Source: Strigamia acuminata (lineage: Eukaryota). Taken from it: a stretch of 64,000 nt of DNA. The translations under genes were made by a program, and so were the position numbers. Below are positions 35,901 to 50,900 of the stretch, one piece after another; within the stretch, counting starts at the first letter, position 1; each line of letters starts with the position of its first letter. Location: assembly GCA_949358305.1 (NCBI GenBank), contig OX442314.1, forward strand, positions 8,246,001 through 8,310,000, in the 5' to 3' direction. Below the pieces are notes generated by a model. The model was given only the letters and a program-made list of their open reading frames with translations. It searched no databases and was not told the DNA's origin.

Positions 35901-38900
35901 TATCAAAAATTCTAGTTAAAATTTAACAATTATCAAAAATTCTAGTTAAAATTCAACAATTATCAGAAATTCTTGTTAAAATTCAACAATTATCAAAAAT
36001 TCTAGTTAAAATTCAACAATTATCAGAAATTCTTGTTAAAATTCAACAATTATCAGAAATTTCAACAATAAATGAAAATGTTTTTATTTATAAACTTTAA
36101 CAAACGATTTAAAACAAGTAAGCTTTAAATTTAGCCGTACTTGACTGCCGCTATCTCTTGTTTGTCTAAATACCTCAGTTTTGCTCACAAACTGTTTACC
36201 CACACGGCGTTATCATACCATTCCACACGGCACAAACTCCAAAACAAGACCATTCACCGGACACTGATGACGCTATTAATTAGACCAATCAGCACCATCC
36301 AGGTGCTCAACCTTTAATTGCTCGTTCTCTTAAAGCAGGTCAAAGAAACAATTGTCTCATGCACAAAACTAAAACCAGTGTTGAACGAAAGTAACAAACA
36401 AAACATAAAATACAAAGAGAAAATAGAAAAACAAGCAGTAAAAAAATAAACAACCAAATTAAGAGAGATAATGCGAGTACAGAATTAATGGAAGATGACA
36501 TTTTGAAAAAAGTATCAGCACAATGTGCAAACTGTGGTGCAAACTCACGTCTTACCTTTTTCTTTGATCCACTAAGATATTCTTTGTACATCTCTGAGCG
36601 CAAATACCTCGAATAACTATCAGTCTTCATAAGTTGATAAACATGAGCCTTTAAACACAAATATATAACATCAAATTATTTTAATTCCCATTGCAGCCAG
36701 GTGTGGTGAGATGAGGTGAGGTGAGGTTAAGTCAGGGGTCGGCAAGTAATTTTAAGTGGGGTCCGGATACTATTGAAAATTTTTATCGAGGCCCAGACAA
36801 AAAAACTCATAATACTACTTACTAGTTTTAAATTTTTATTTTTTGACTCATTTAAGTAATTATATAAAACACAATTCTTAAAAATTATTGCACGTAATTA
36901 CACCCTACACCTTTGGCAGTCCAAGTTTCGACCTTCAGTGGTCCGGATACGGATGCCGACCGCTGGGTTAGGTTAAAATGTCAATAAATGTCGAAATAAT
37001 GACCGTCTAGCAAATGACTGGGGAACAAACGATACTACTTCGACTATGTTCATGTCCGACATTAACGTATTATTTTAATGACATGTTGTGATTGGTTGAG
37101 ATCTATTGATGTCGGTTCGTTTCCTAAACGCACGTTTTCGAGGTTTTATCTTCTTTTTTTGTCATGTCGGACATGAACGTAGCCACTTTGTATACAGTAG
37201 TTATACTCTAACCAACTACACGTTGGTCCTTTCTCCCATTGGTCGAGCCTCATTACTCCGACTGTACTGCCACTAGGAAAAGTATTTTTTTTATTTTTTT
37301 TATTTTGTGGCTTATTCTAATGATAAAAATGATGAAATTTTATTTGTATTTTATAATAAAATGTTTTTTCCATTCATGAAATAAAGTTTTATGCTGTTTT
37401 TAATTCATCATACATGTTGGTTTAGTTTATTGGTTGCTTTGTCCGAAAAGCAAACAATGTTTGAATTTTTTCCATTACAATGTCTGTACAATGTCTGTAC
37501 ATCAATTCTGGGAGAAAGAACCAAGTTGTAGTTGTAGAGTATGATGCTGACGTTATCTCAACATTTTTATGTTGTATAGGGACTTAAGAAGTTTTAATTT
37601 TCATCAATACAATTTTATTTTATCCCATTGATGCATTGAAGTGACACCACAAAACCAAAACACAAGCATCTAAAAATCGACTTTTTGAAAGCAGCCTATG
37701 TAATGAATTAGGTGTCAAGTCAGTGAAATCCCTAGGAGTATAGGGCATCCGGTCTTGAGCGGTTTCCTCTAGTCCGGAAATAGACAAAAAAGAAGCTAAT
37801 ATCCTGTCTGGAGGAACTGAATATTAAATTAAGTGGCAATGATTAAAAACTAAAATCAGATAAAGCCGCACTTACGTTATGGCAAACAAAAAGAGTTACC
37901 ACCAATTCCACCCTAAAGCGGTACGGTGGAAACAGAAGAGAGCGGGTAAAATTTAAAAGCTGGCTTTTACTTGAAAACGCAGCTAAAAACTCACCTGCTT
38001 GAGCAAACACAAGCCTGCGTTTCCATCACAGCTTTGCTTTGAAGCCAGTTTGTACTCACTCGCTCCAATCAAACTGAGTTTGATATACCAGCAAGTTAAG
38101 CGACGCGAAACAATCACTAAAAACCAACTGGAATTTTACCCGCTCCCTTGTGTTTCCACCTTTAAACGGGAAGAAGCAAGTCAACTTCAAAAGCTTGCAG
38201 GTTACCGTTACCGTTACCGATACCTATAGCAGCTTGCTGCTTAAAGCGAGGTAATATGGTAAGACATTAGAGAGTTTGCGGGATGTATTTTTCCCTTACA
38301 GTTAAAGACTATACAGTATAAAAATAGTGTAAGGAAAAAATGATAAATTAAGTTTTTGCGGGCTGCACTTTTCCCTTATCACTACACTATTTCAGCCAAC
38401 TACTGACAGTTAGTTATTTTGGACCTAAAAATTCAATTTGGGGACGTAAATGTGCAAATTTCTGCATAAAATTCCATTATTATGCCTATAAAGTATGGTT
38501 TTGGGCCTAAAATTCAATTTAGGGCCTCACTTATCATTCAATCTCCGTACCTATGACTGTGATGTGTTTGATCGGGACAACAAAATAATCGCCATTTGCA
38601 ATGGGCGGAGCTTAAAATTTAGTGTTCTCAATTCTGATTGGCTGCGCTATATTTTAATTTAGTGTTGAAAACGATACACTAAAGATTTTTCCCTTACGAT
38701 ATGGCACTAAAATAGTGTAACGTGGCACAAAATAAGGGAAAAATGCATGCCGCAAACTCTATTAGAAAGCCGCATCTGGGGCCCAGGACAGAAAACGGAA
38801 TGTGGGCAACTTCAAAAAAGGCAATTAAGGGGTTCAAAAGAGCCTTAAACATGAGTCCAAAGCAGGTTATTCTTTTGTAATGCTTACAGTTGCTTCATCA

Positions 38901-41900
38901 AATGTCCACCTGTCTGGATTTGCCATGTTTTGTTTAGTTACATCTGCACTTCTTGAGTCTATATTTATAGGAACATTGGCATCAGGTGCTAAATATTCCC
39001 TTGAGAACAAAAGATAATTTGAAAATGAAATGAAAAGAGTTGAAGGATAATTATTTATTTCATCTCACTGCCAAATGTCTTGAACTTTGGATTGAATATC
39101 TTTTGCGGGTAGACACTTCAATTCTTGCACTGCATCCCAAAATCTAAGAAAAAGAAATTTAAGGTTTTGGAATAATTTTTTTTTTTTTTTTAGATGTTGA
39201 CTGGAGGAATAAAACTTGCTTGAGATTTTCAGCACTGAATTCCTTTTCAAGAAATTTCATAAACTGGTCCCGGCCGGCAGGATCCTTTAGGAGTTCTTGC
39301 AATGAGAAACCCCACCGCCGGACACGCCGCACCGACACATCTTTCCTGAGTATCAAATTGAATTGTCAAATGAGATTATTAAAGTAAAAACACTGGACAA
39401 AAGTAGTAAACAAAAAGATAATTCCCTCAAAATGAACTTTTTGTTTGACGGCCAATTTTGCACTAAAAAATAAAAATACATTTTTGCAGTAAAAAAAAAT
39501 TCGTTTTGCAGTAAAAAAAATGCATTTTGGAGTTAAAAAAATGCATTTTTGTTGTAAGAAAATTCATTTTTGCAGAAGAAATCCATTTTTGCACATAAAA
39601 ATACATAATTGCATGTAAAAATCCATTTTTGCAAATAAAATACATTTTTGCAAAAAAAATGGATTTTTTGCATCTAAAAATTAATTTTTGCACCCAAAAA
39701 TTGATTTTTGCACCCAAAAATTGATTTTTGCACCCAAAAATTGATTTTTGCACCCAAAAATTGATTTTTGCACCCAAAAATTGATTTTTGCACCCAAAAA
39801 TTGATTTTTGCACCCAAAAATTGATTTTTGCACCCAAAAATTGATTTTTGCACCCAAAAATTGATTTTTGCACCCAAAAATTGATTTTTGCACCCAAAAA
39901 TTAATCTTTATACCTAAAATTTAATTTTTTGCACATAAAATTTCATTTTTGCATATAAAATTTCATTTTTGCACTGTAAAGTACATTTTTGGACTGTAAA
40001 GTACATTTTTGCACTGTAAAGTACATTTTTGCACTGTAAAGTACATTTACGCACTTGTAATGTACATTTTTGCAATTGTAAAGTACATTTTTGTAACTAA
40101 AACAACATTTTTGCAGATAAAAGATACAGCAATTTGTTGTCTTGTCGCATTAATTTTTCAGATTCGTGATGGGTTTAATGTGCGTCAGTGAGTAACACTT
40201 CGCGTTCGTTTTATTTGGCAGACAATAATCCTTACGACTGTTTGTCTTGTTCCCAGAACTCAATGTTATCGGTAATCCATGGGTTTGATGGTTCTGGCGT
40301 TGTAATGAACGGATCATATTCTTGGTATTGCTCAAAATAATTTATGTAACTACAAAAGAGAACAACAAAATAACTATGCGAATAAAATAAAACAACAAAC
40401 AAACGTACGATTCAGCCACTTTTGATATCTTCACATTCCTGTGGTCTAATTTCTGTTTCAACGTCTCTATCTGCAAATAAAAAACAAACATATAATAATA
40501 CTTGAATTTTTGTTGTCTTAATTTGTCCTTACCTCTTTTTTAAGTGTCTCTATTGGATTTTGTAAGTCCGCTTCGGAAACACTTGGACTTATTCTTCCAC
40601 CTGGTACAGCAAACTGCATGTGCTTAAAGAAACAATTTCAAAATCAACAAGGAACAAAAGTAAAAACAGTAGAAGACTGGAGATTTCAAGTTTTAGGATA
40701 GCCAAATCCCAAAAATCCAATAAAATACATGAAATTCTTAGAAATTCTAAATATTGAAGCAAAGTCTTAACAATAGCAAATGTTTAAAATTCTACCAAAT
40801 CCTAAAACAAGTGTTTTCAATCCTATCAAATCTTGAAATAAATCTTGAAAATCCTAAAATCCATAGCAAATCCATGAAATCTTTAGAAAAACCATCAAAT
40901 CTTTAGAAAAACCATCAAATCTTTAGAAAAACCATCAAATCTTTAGAAAAACCATCAAATCTTTAGAAAAACCATCAAATCTTTAGAAAAACCATCAAAT
41001 CTTTAGAAAAACCATAAAATCTTTAGTAAATCCAAGAAATCTTTAATAAATCCATGAAATCTTTAGTAAATCCATGAAATTTTTAGTAAATTCATGAAAT
41101 CTTTAGTAAATCCATGAAATCTTTAGTAAATCCATGAAATCTTTAGTAAATCCATGAAATCTTTAGTAAATCCATGAAATCTTTAGTAAATCCATGAAAT
41201 CTTTAGTAAATTCATGAAATCTTTAGTAAATCCATACAATCTTTAGTAAATCCATGAAATCTTTAGTAAACCCATGAAATTTTTAGTAAATCCATCAAAT
41301 CTTTAGTAAATCCATCAAATCTTTAATAAATCCAAAAAATCTTTAGTACATGAATCAAATCTTTAGTAAATGCATCAAATCTTTAGTAAATCCATCAAGT
41401 CTTTATTAATCCATTAAATGTTTAGAAAATCTTTAATTCATAAATGTTTAATATCTTGCAGGATTTAACAGTGACTACCAAATCCTTTTACAATATTAAA
41501 TTATTTGTTTTATAATCCTGCTTTAAACTCCACTCAAAGTATAAAAACATAATGAGTATCAAATAGGGCACATGCAACATGCAACTCCAGTACCAACAAA
41601 CAACAAGCTCTATAGAGCAGAGAAACATGACCATTCCATAATAAAAATGTAAACAAATCATAAAAAAACACTAAATGCAAAACAGGACTGAGATTTATCA
41701 TTCATCAACACAAACATCTCTTTGTTCCATCATCTGAAACCACACAGATCAAGAATCAATGATAACTATCACATGTCCAGTCGCCATTAATGTTTAAACT
41801 GATGTATGATGGATTAGTTCACAATCTACACAACATCTGTGCATTTAGTCGAGTTTAATTCAGATTTCGACTTTAAACTTCATCTTCCCAAGGAAAAAAA

Positions 41901-44900
41901 AAGAATATTAAATCATGAAGCAATTATTTAAGTAAAATTTTCAAATTTTCAATAAGTTACGTCATTTATGAACGGCCCCAAAGGCCTGCCCTACAGAAGA
42001 GAATTCCGTTTATTTTTGGGCACTTCCTCCTATGAACTCATTCACGTTCATGAACTTGAACCAAAAGATTAAAACTGCTTGTTTATAAATGTCGTTTACT
42101 CTAAATGACAGCTACTACGTGAGTTTGCCTAAGTGTTCTATGGTTGGTCGATAAATTGATGGATTGACTACAAACACCAATTATGCGTGTTCTACATGTC
42201 TTTCAATTTGCTGTTTGTTGAAATTTACAGCATTCACCAGATTACCTACTGAACTAAAAGCGTGTTCAATTTTCTACTTTCACTTTTAGATTACAAAGTG
42301 TCAGTGCATCGTGGGAATACATGTCGTATGTCGGTTTATCGGGAAGAACCAAAGGTCCATCAGCATAACTCTGTCCACCAGAAGAAGTTGTAGATCCCAG
42401 AGGTAGAATGGGAGACTGGATGATGCAAGAGTTGACACGTATAAAAGCCCAATGTAAATTAGACGGAAACTATAAATGTGACCAGCAAACGCAACAATTG
42501 CGTCTTGCGGTCCTTCCACTCTTGTTCACCATGCTGACACTCAGGGAAATGGTTAAACCAGGAATGTCGAACCTTTTGGTTTCCGCAAGCCCAGGTCGGA
42601 TCCCTTCATCGAATCCCGTTTCATCGAATCCAGAATTCTTAAAGTGTCAAATGGGCTCCGCAGTGCGTAGATAAAAAAAACCGTTAAGGGGAGGTTGGGG
42701 GGTTCAAGGGGGGACAAGAAAAAAAAAGTTATCATATTTAGGTAACCGAAACGGGATTTGATAAAACTGGATTCGATGAAATGACCCAACTTCCTGCGAG
42801 CCACAATGGAAGAAGAGGAATTGTCTCGGTCCACACACCCCTTACATCCAGGGGTATACCTTCAGATCTCGTTCGTCTCGTAATCTCGGTCTCAGAGATC
42901 TCCATTTTTTTTTTACGATGCATATTCACCATCAAGATAAGGCAGAAAACACTAGTTTCAAGATTAAAAAATATTTATACATTTATGTTTCCTTAATGGA
43001 AATAATGAAAATAACTAAATTTTTAAAACGATTAAATTAATTTGGTTAAATTGCTCCGTTTGTTGTTCGGCCAAATTATCTTTATCTAAAAAACTCCATC
43101 AAACTAAACCTTGATGTCTTTAAGAAGTAAATAAAAGTGGATTTGTTTTTATTTTGTCTCTCCTTTAAACACCATCTTTTTTTCTAGTGGAGAGAATTCA
43201 ACTGTAAACAACAAACCAGCTTGAAGCGGGACACATCCATCTAAGCTAATAGGGTACATTGAAAATAAGTGTGCAAATCGAAGCAAACCCTTGTAAAAAT
43301 AAAGAAAATTAACATTAAGGTTTAATCAAATTTGCTCCGATAAAGTAATTTAAAAAAATTAAAATTAAAATTAAAATACTAGAAAGCCTAAATTCCACCC
43401 AAAGCTATTTAAAAATCTGGTTTGTTCATTAATTACCAACAATTAGCCCTTAACACATGCAACAAAGACATGTTGTCACAACAAAATGATGATTTATCAT
43501 TGCAGCTGCACTAACAACAACCACACATTTAATAAAGGAAAAGTGAGAAAATCTGACTGGCTTTAAATTTATCATCATCAAACTCACTGTTTCTTCTTGT
43601 ATTTAGTTTGGAGCCACGCAACCTAACCTAACCTAACCAAACCAAATAACTCATTTTGTTGATCGTTTATGTTGATCATTGTTTGTTAGTAATATTGTTT
43701 AGATATTGTATCACTAAATTCAATTGTATATGTGGTTGCCAAAAATAAAATAAATACTTAGAATGAAAATTTGGATATGAAGCTTTAATGCAAACTTAAA
43801 TGATGCATCAACAGTTTTGGTGCAGCAATGGTGATCGGTAATGTCGCTGTGGAAAAAAATGAATGCATACCAGTTCACACTTCAAACTAAATATGTTGAC
43901 TGTTCTGGTTCCGGCATTCGAACAAACTGCGCGAAGACATTCACCATGTTTACATCGTCACAGTTTTCCAGATAAATGAATATTCGGATTTTATTTATCT
44001 GGATAACCGTTTGCGTTTACATGACGTTAGTTTTCTGGTAAACGTGACGTCATACGAGAATTACCTATACTGCCCTTTGATTATCTGGAACAACAAAATT
44101 GCTGTTCATCCATTTCAGCCAAACAAATGAAATGGTGGGTAGGAAAGAGGTTTTTGCTCGAATCTTTGCAATGGTGCCTAATATGCAAATTCTGATCCCA
44201 AAAATGGTGGTTTTAGCTGATTTCACATTGATTTTGGTACCAAATGTCGTTGGTATGTAGGCCTAACGTATTTTTACTACAACGATCCGACCATATCTCG
44301 ATCCAAGTTTTTGAATTTTTGCATCCACGAGTGTTTACTTGCAGTTTTCAATGCGCAAAACGCCCAAAATCTAGCTCGTACAACTGGAATTTAGTTTTCC
44401 AGATAAGTCTGTCTTTTCTAAAAAACTGATTTGTTTACATGATCAATTTTCCAGAAAGGTAAAATTCGCATTTTCAGTTATCCAGATAACTGGGTACATG
44501 TAAACATGGTAATTGTTTCCGGTTCGACAAATTTGTATCGCTAAAGTGTGTCCCAGTTTTTTATTTCCAAAATCTGGTCACCATCATCCCCAATGCCATT
44601 TTATACGATAGCACTTATCTACTCACGATTGGTTAAATCAGGCCACATGATAATCGCCACATTAATGAAACCCCTTATTGACTTTCACGATCAATAAAAT
44701 AACACCCCCAAGCAGATCTTCCCACGTTTGATCCATCTTTTATCTCATTTTCCGCTCGGATGAGTACAATTCAAAACTTTTAAACCTCCGAGCCAACAAG
44801 CAGTTCATCACTGTCAATTGACAAACGACACAATCAGTGCAGATAAAAGTGTTTAACTGCTGCCTCTATTTAACCTCCCATTCACTTATCAACTCCTCAT

Positions 44901-47900
44901 TCAGATGAACGATCAACACTTACCTTAGCGCTTTTAATCGGTTTGTTCATCCGACACGCCTTCTTTATATCAATTTCCGTCGTATTTACGCAACCCGGCT
45001 GCAATTAAAAAACAATAATAATCACACTAATTACCAAACAATTGATTAGTGTTTATTTCATGTCACCGCTAATGAGCACTTATCATATTATACAAGACAT
45101 AAATCATAATGCAAAAATGGCTTAAATTTAATTAGAATTATGACATTAATGCATTAATTTACTCATTTGGAGTGAGTCAAGTGTCAACTACGGTAGGATG
45201 CACAGCCAATATAATAGGTGCATTCAAAGGGTGTTTTGACTGTTTTAAGAATTTCTATGAACAGAATGGACACCAAAAACAGCCATAATACCTAGAAAGT
45301 TTAAATCTAGTTCTGGTTCTTGGTGCGAACGCATCTAGTCCAAAATTAGGGGTTTCTTCATTTCGTCGCCCTTCATTTCGTCGCCGTGTCATTTCGTCAC
45401 CAAAAACGGCGACGAAATGACACTCAAAACGGAAAAAGGGCGACGAAATGAAGGGCGACGAAATGAAGGGCGACGAAATGATATGGTTGAACAACCAAAA
45501 CAACCAAAACTGAACAGAAGGGCGACAAAATAACACGGCGACGAAATGAAGGGCGACGAAATGATACGGCTAAGTAGCCGAAACAACCCAAACTCAACAC
45601 GAAGTGGTGGGATTAAAAAAGGAAATGATGGCAAACTTATGGCACTATAATGGCAAAATTATGGCAAAATTGTGACCAAATTGTGGCCAAATTCTGACAA
45701 ACTTGTGGCGAAATTATGGCCAAATTCTGACAAACTTGTGGCGAAATTATGGCCAAATTCTGACAAACTTGTGGCGAAATTATGGCCAAATTGTGGCCAA
45801 CTTGTGGCTAAATTCTCGCAAACTTGTGGCCAAATTGTGGCTAAATTGTTGCCACAACAATAACATGGCGACAAAATGATATGGCGACGAAATGATATGG
45901 CGACGAAATGATATGGTGACGAAATGATATGGCGACGAAATGATAGGCGACGAAATGATAGGTTGATGAAATGAGGGCGACGAAATGAAAAAAAATTTTT
46001 AAAAAAAACATTTAGCAAAAAAAAGTATGAGGGCGACGAAATGAATGACGACTAAATGAAGTGACTTCTTAACAAAGTAAAGGTGGCACAATCTTTTGCC
46101 TTTGCCATCTAGTACTTTCACTTTTTTTTCTATTACAGTAGTTCAAGATTTTTATTTTGTCAATCCATCATGTTTCTTGGTGCACATTTTCCAAGTCTTC
46201 TATGTTCTCATTTGAGATCTTGACCCTATGAACCCACCGCTGCACTACAAGAAGTTCTTGCACATGCTTTAAACCAATACAACATAAGGTTTCAAGCTTG
46301 TTCTTTACCCTTAACATGTAAAAGCTATTAGCAACAATACTATGAACATGTTGGTTTAAACACCATCACATTAATTGTCAAATGTGATGAAGCCAACACA
46401 GTTCAATAAAACACGTTGGATTGCAATTACAAGCGGTGGGAAAGAGGATCTCCAACAGTAAATCTTCTTTACATTACAGCTATAATAGGTAAGCTAAGTG
46501 GTGTAATATTGACTCTACAAGAGGGGTTGGATCAAAAAATGGCTCACTGTTGACTTAACTAGATAAATAATAAATACAACTTCTAAGCCCGGCAGTAAAC
46601 AGAACTGAGTAAATACGAAGCTTCCGTATCGCACTTTGCAGACCTTGCAAATTTTGTTGTTCTGGGCCTTGCTAGATGCAACTACCGTATGTCTTCGATT
46701 CTTCGACGCCATTGATTGTGAGACGCACCCCGCATCTTTAAATGCCAATCACTAGCAAGTACACTTTTAAAGTGCTTCATTTTTGAGTATTCACACTCTG
46801 TACTGTACTATACTTTGGCTAACTATAAGGTTAGCCTTTCTCCCATTGGCCAAGCCATTTCACCTGTGTAGTGATACAAACAAATAAACCAAAACACTAG
46901 AATTGTAATTGATGTACAGACATTGTAATCGATTGTCTAGGTAACGACAAAATATTCAAAATTGTTTGCTTTCCAGACAAAGCAATCAATAAACTGAACA
47001 AACTTGTGTTGAATTAACCCTCAGATGGACAATCTCCAAAGACGACGCTTTGGTGCCCACAACGTACCGATTTGGGTGCAAAATAATTAAATAAAAAAGG
47101 CCCGTAGCTGAAGCGCTTTAGGATAGTGCGAAAAATTGTCGCACTTGGAGCTACTGTAATCAATTAGTTTTTTGCTTGGCGCACGTGCCATACAGGACTA
47201 CTAGCGCCATACGGCGTCTACTGGTAAAATTTGAAAGCACTTAGTAGAAGCGCTTTTATAAGATTGGGAAAAGCCAACTTAAATTTAAGCTGGAATTTCT
47301 AAGGGGCAGAATTTTAAAAGGTGAATAAATAAATAAATAACGTACAGAACACTCCACATTTTTTTTACACAAACTTTTGTGTTGTGTGAACAAAGTCAGA
47401 AATTTTCAGAAAATTATATTAAGCCAAAAAAAAGATTTCCTATTCAAGAAGAGTGTTGCACCCAAATAGGTATAGGGTTGTCCATCTGAGGGTTTAAAAC
47501 AACATAAAACTGTATTTTATAAATGAAAAAAAAAATATTTTATTATAAAATACAATTAAAATTTTATCATTTTATCCATTATAATAATCACAAAAAAAAA
47601 TACTTTTCCTAGTGGCAGTACACAGTCTACAGTTAGGAGTAATGAGGCTCGGCCAATGAGAGAATGGCCAACCTTATAGTTGGCCCGACTATACATCAAC
47701 TGATAAATTTCTAGTGGAGATTATTCCTATCGTTAACGTTCATTTTACAAACGAAATAGCAGATGCCAATTTTTTTAGATTTTTATATTGTTTCCTTTGA
47801 GAATGTGATAAAAACTCACTCACAAGGGGAGGGCACCAATAAGCTATCACAGATTGTTGTAATATTAAACAAGAAGGATTGTTATATCATGCTGAATGAG

Positions 47901-50900
47901 ACCCTAAAATAATTTCATTCCATAAACAGCCAACAATGCAAACAATGAGCTGAAAGTTGGCACTATTTTGTCTGTGTATACATCAAATCTGAGCAATCAG
48001 GCCTAGTGTATGAATACTGTAAACAACAGTTGCTAGGTAAAAAATAGTTCCAAGATCCAAGTTCAATTTTATCATTTGAGATTCAATGATGTCATTTCCT
48101 CTTTTGATATCACATGACATATGACATCAGAACTTTGTTCAACAACATGACTGTCTTCATGAAGACAATAATAGTTTGTAGTGGTGGTCCAGTGGTTAAG
48201 GCAATGGACTAGCTATCTTTCCACACAGGTTCAAATCCTGTTGTGTGTGAAAATTTTTACATTCATTTTTTGTTAAATTTTAGCAGTTATTTTAATGTTT
48301 GTAATTTTATATTTGTTAAAAAATTAAAATTAATCAAATTAAAATTTTCTGAAAACAAATATAAAATTACAAACATTAAAATAACTGCTAAAATTTAACA
48401 AAAATAAATGTAAAAATTTTCACACTCAACAGGATTTGAACCTGTGTGGAAAGATACCTAGTCCATTGCTTTAACCACTGGACCACCACTACAAACTATT
48501 ATTGTCTTCATGAAGACAGTCATGTTGTTGAACAAAGTTCTGATGTCATATGTCATGTGATATCAAAAGAGGAAATGACATCATTGAATCTCAAATGATA
48601 AAATTGAACTTGGATCTTGGAACTATTTTTTACCTAGCAACTGTTGTTTACAGTATTCATACACTAGGCCTGATTGCTCAGATTTGATGTATACACAGAC
48701 AAAATAGTGCCAACTTTCAGCTCATTGTTTGCATTGTTGGCTGTTTATGGAATGAAATTATTTTAGGGTCTCATTCAGCATCAGCATGATATAACAATCC
48801 TTCTTGTTTAATATTACAACAATCTGTGATAGCTTATTGGTGCCCTCCCCTTGTCAGTGCACTTGCCCTCCAACAAGCAAAAAGAAGAGTGTTTTAAAAT
48901 CAAACGACTGGCAAGTTACTTAGCCGGAGCAGAGCAGAGTAAATGGCCGCAACACGCGATTCCAGCACATTGACACCTTCTGTCGAATCCCGTCATCAAT
49001 ATTTAATTGAAGCTCCCTTCCTTTTATCGCCATAGAGAAATACAATTAGGGGCAACCCTCCACCTTCACCTCTTTGGCTGCACGACCTAAGTGCACTCCC
49101 ATTTGGCTGCACAATGTGCCAAAAGAACAAATCAATTCCGCACTTTTAAATCAAATCTAGATATTTCAAACAAGCGATTCCCATTTTCCAATCCATTCAA
49201 CCTCCAAGATGGCCCTGTCCTTCAGTTCGCGACCGGTATCTTGATGTCAAGTTCACGCTGCGCATCCCATTCTGCACATACGATATCCTAATTCCAGTTG
49301 TTATTTAGCAGAATTACCTACTGCTTCAAATAAACGCCAGGTTCAAATAGGCGCCAGAACGGCTACTATTCGAGGGTGGCTACAAAACGAAAGCGACTCT
49401 TAATACGGTAATTGTTATTCATACAATTAATATTTTACGTCATATCTTTGTAAAATTTACAATTTACAGCTTGGTAGAGAAATGTTGTCGCTTTATTTCT
49501 TTTGTGTGCAACAAGCTTGACAACCGCATGTTAAATGCATGTGCAGAACGTGATGCGCAGTTTGAATTTGGCACCAAGATAAGCCTAAACGAGCCGCGCC
49601 ACCGGTGCATCAGGAAAAGGGAAAATAAAATCAGCAAATTCGACACTTTCACTCATTTCCTCAACTTACCACGGGTCGATGCACGTCCCAAAAGGCCCTC
49701 TCTTGACTGTCGAGGACTTTCCTTTCCAGTTTATCTCTTTTTTTGTCGACTCTTAAAGAAGAAATAAATGTTTAAAAAAGGTTTTATTTTATTTACTTCC
49801 CAACACTGTACTTGGATTGAGCTTCTGCCTGCATGAATATAAATTCCCATTTTCTCGAAAACATTTTCTGTAGTCGAGCTAGATTTTCGGCTTCGTAGTC
49901 AGCCAATTCCAGCCGTGTCTTGTTCTGCATCGTTCTCTTGCATAGGTATACGGCTAAAAACAAAACAAGCATCCATTTTAGTCTATTAATTTAATTACAA
50001 GTCCAAAGACTAATACGTGGTTCACATTTAAACAACTTTTCTAGAACTTATGATTTCCTAAAAGTCTATGTTCTACAAATCTGAAATCAGTTGTTCACAC
50101 TTAACAATAGTTTTGTACAAGTGTCATGACGTTTTAACTTGCTGTTGGCAGCCATCTTTTGTGAACGTCAGCTCAAAACTAGTCACATGACACAATGGGG
50201 GCGTGTTTTGCAGTTGTAACGTCAAATTTAAGAAAACCTTTCTTCACCTTGAGTTTTAGAAAAGTCCGTCATCTTGTTTTGAGTTCTAGAAAACCTGTGA
50301 TAATGTGAACACCAGTTTTCTACGCAATTGGCGGGTTTTCTACAAAAGTGGTTTAGGTGTGAACAGGGCATAAATCTCATGGTGTCCACTTCATTCTTCG
50401 TAAACTGTGTATAGTCGAAACTCTTTATAACGAATTGCAAAGGACCGAACGAATCGATTCGTTAAAACGAATTAGGTGAAAAAATCAAATTTTAGTACCA
50501 AGCACTTTTTTTTTGTAAACCTTGATTACCACTTGCAAGTTTCATGTTAATTTTATTCCAATTCCTTAAAATTGTTGAAATTGTAGAATGGGACAATTGA
50601 TGGCTTCTTGCCATTGTCAATAACACCAATAATGTTCAGCTTGCCGTAAATCAAAATTGCCTTTCATTTGGCAGCCAATTTCATTTTACTTTGTTTTTTA
50701 AATATGGGCATCGAATGTTGTCAGTAATGTGATCAGTTTTGAAAATTCGTTGTAACAGAGCTTATGGGTATTATAGTGTACCTGAAACTTGTTTGTTATA
50801 ACGAATAATTCGTTATATCGAAATTCATTATAATGAAAATATTTAACATGGTGTTCTTTCTATGGCTGGCCAACCAAGTCATTTTCAACAATTCGTTATA

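Noticed and set aside
39463..39897. Repetitive ORFs ([20 protein letters not shown])n
   Set aside because: Artefact of a 20-bp tandem repeat.
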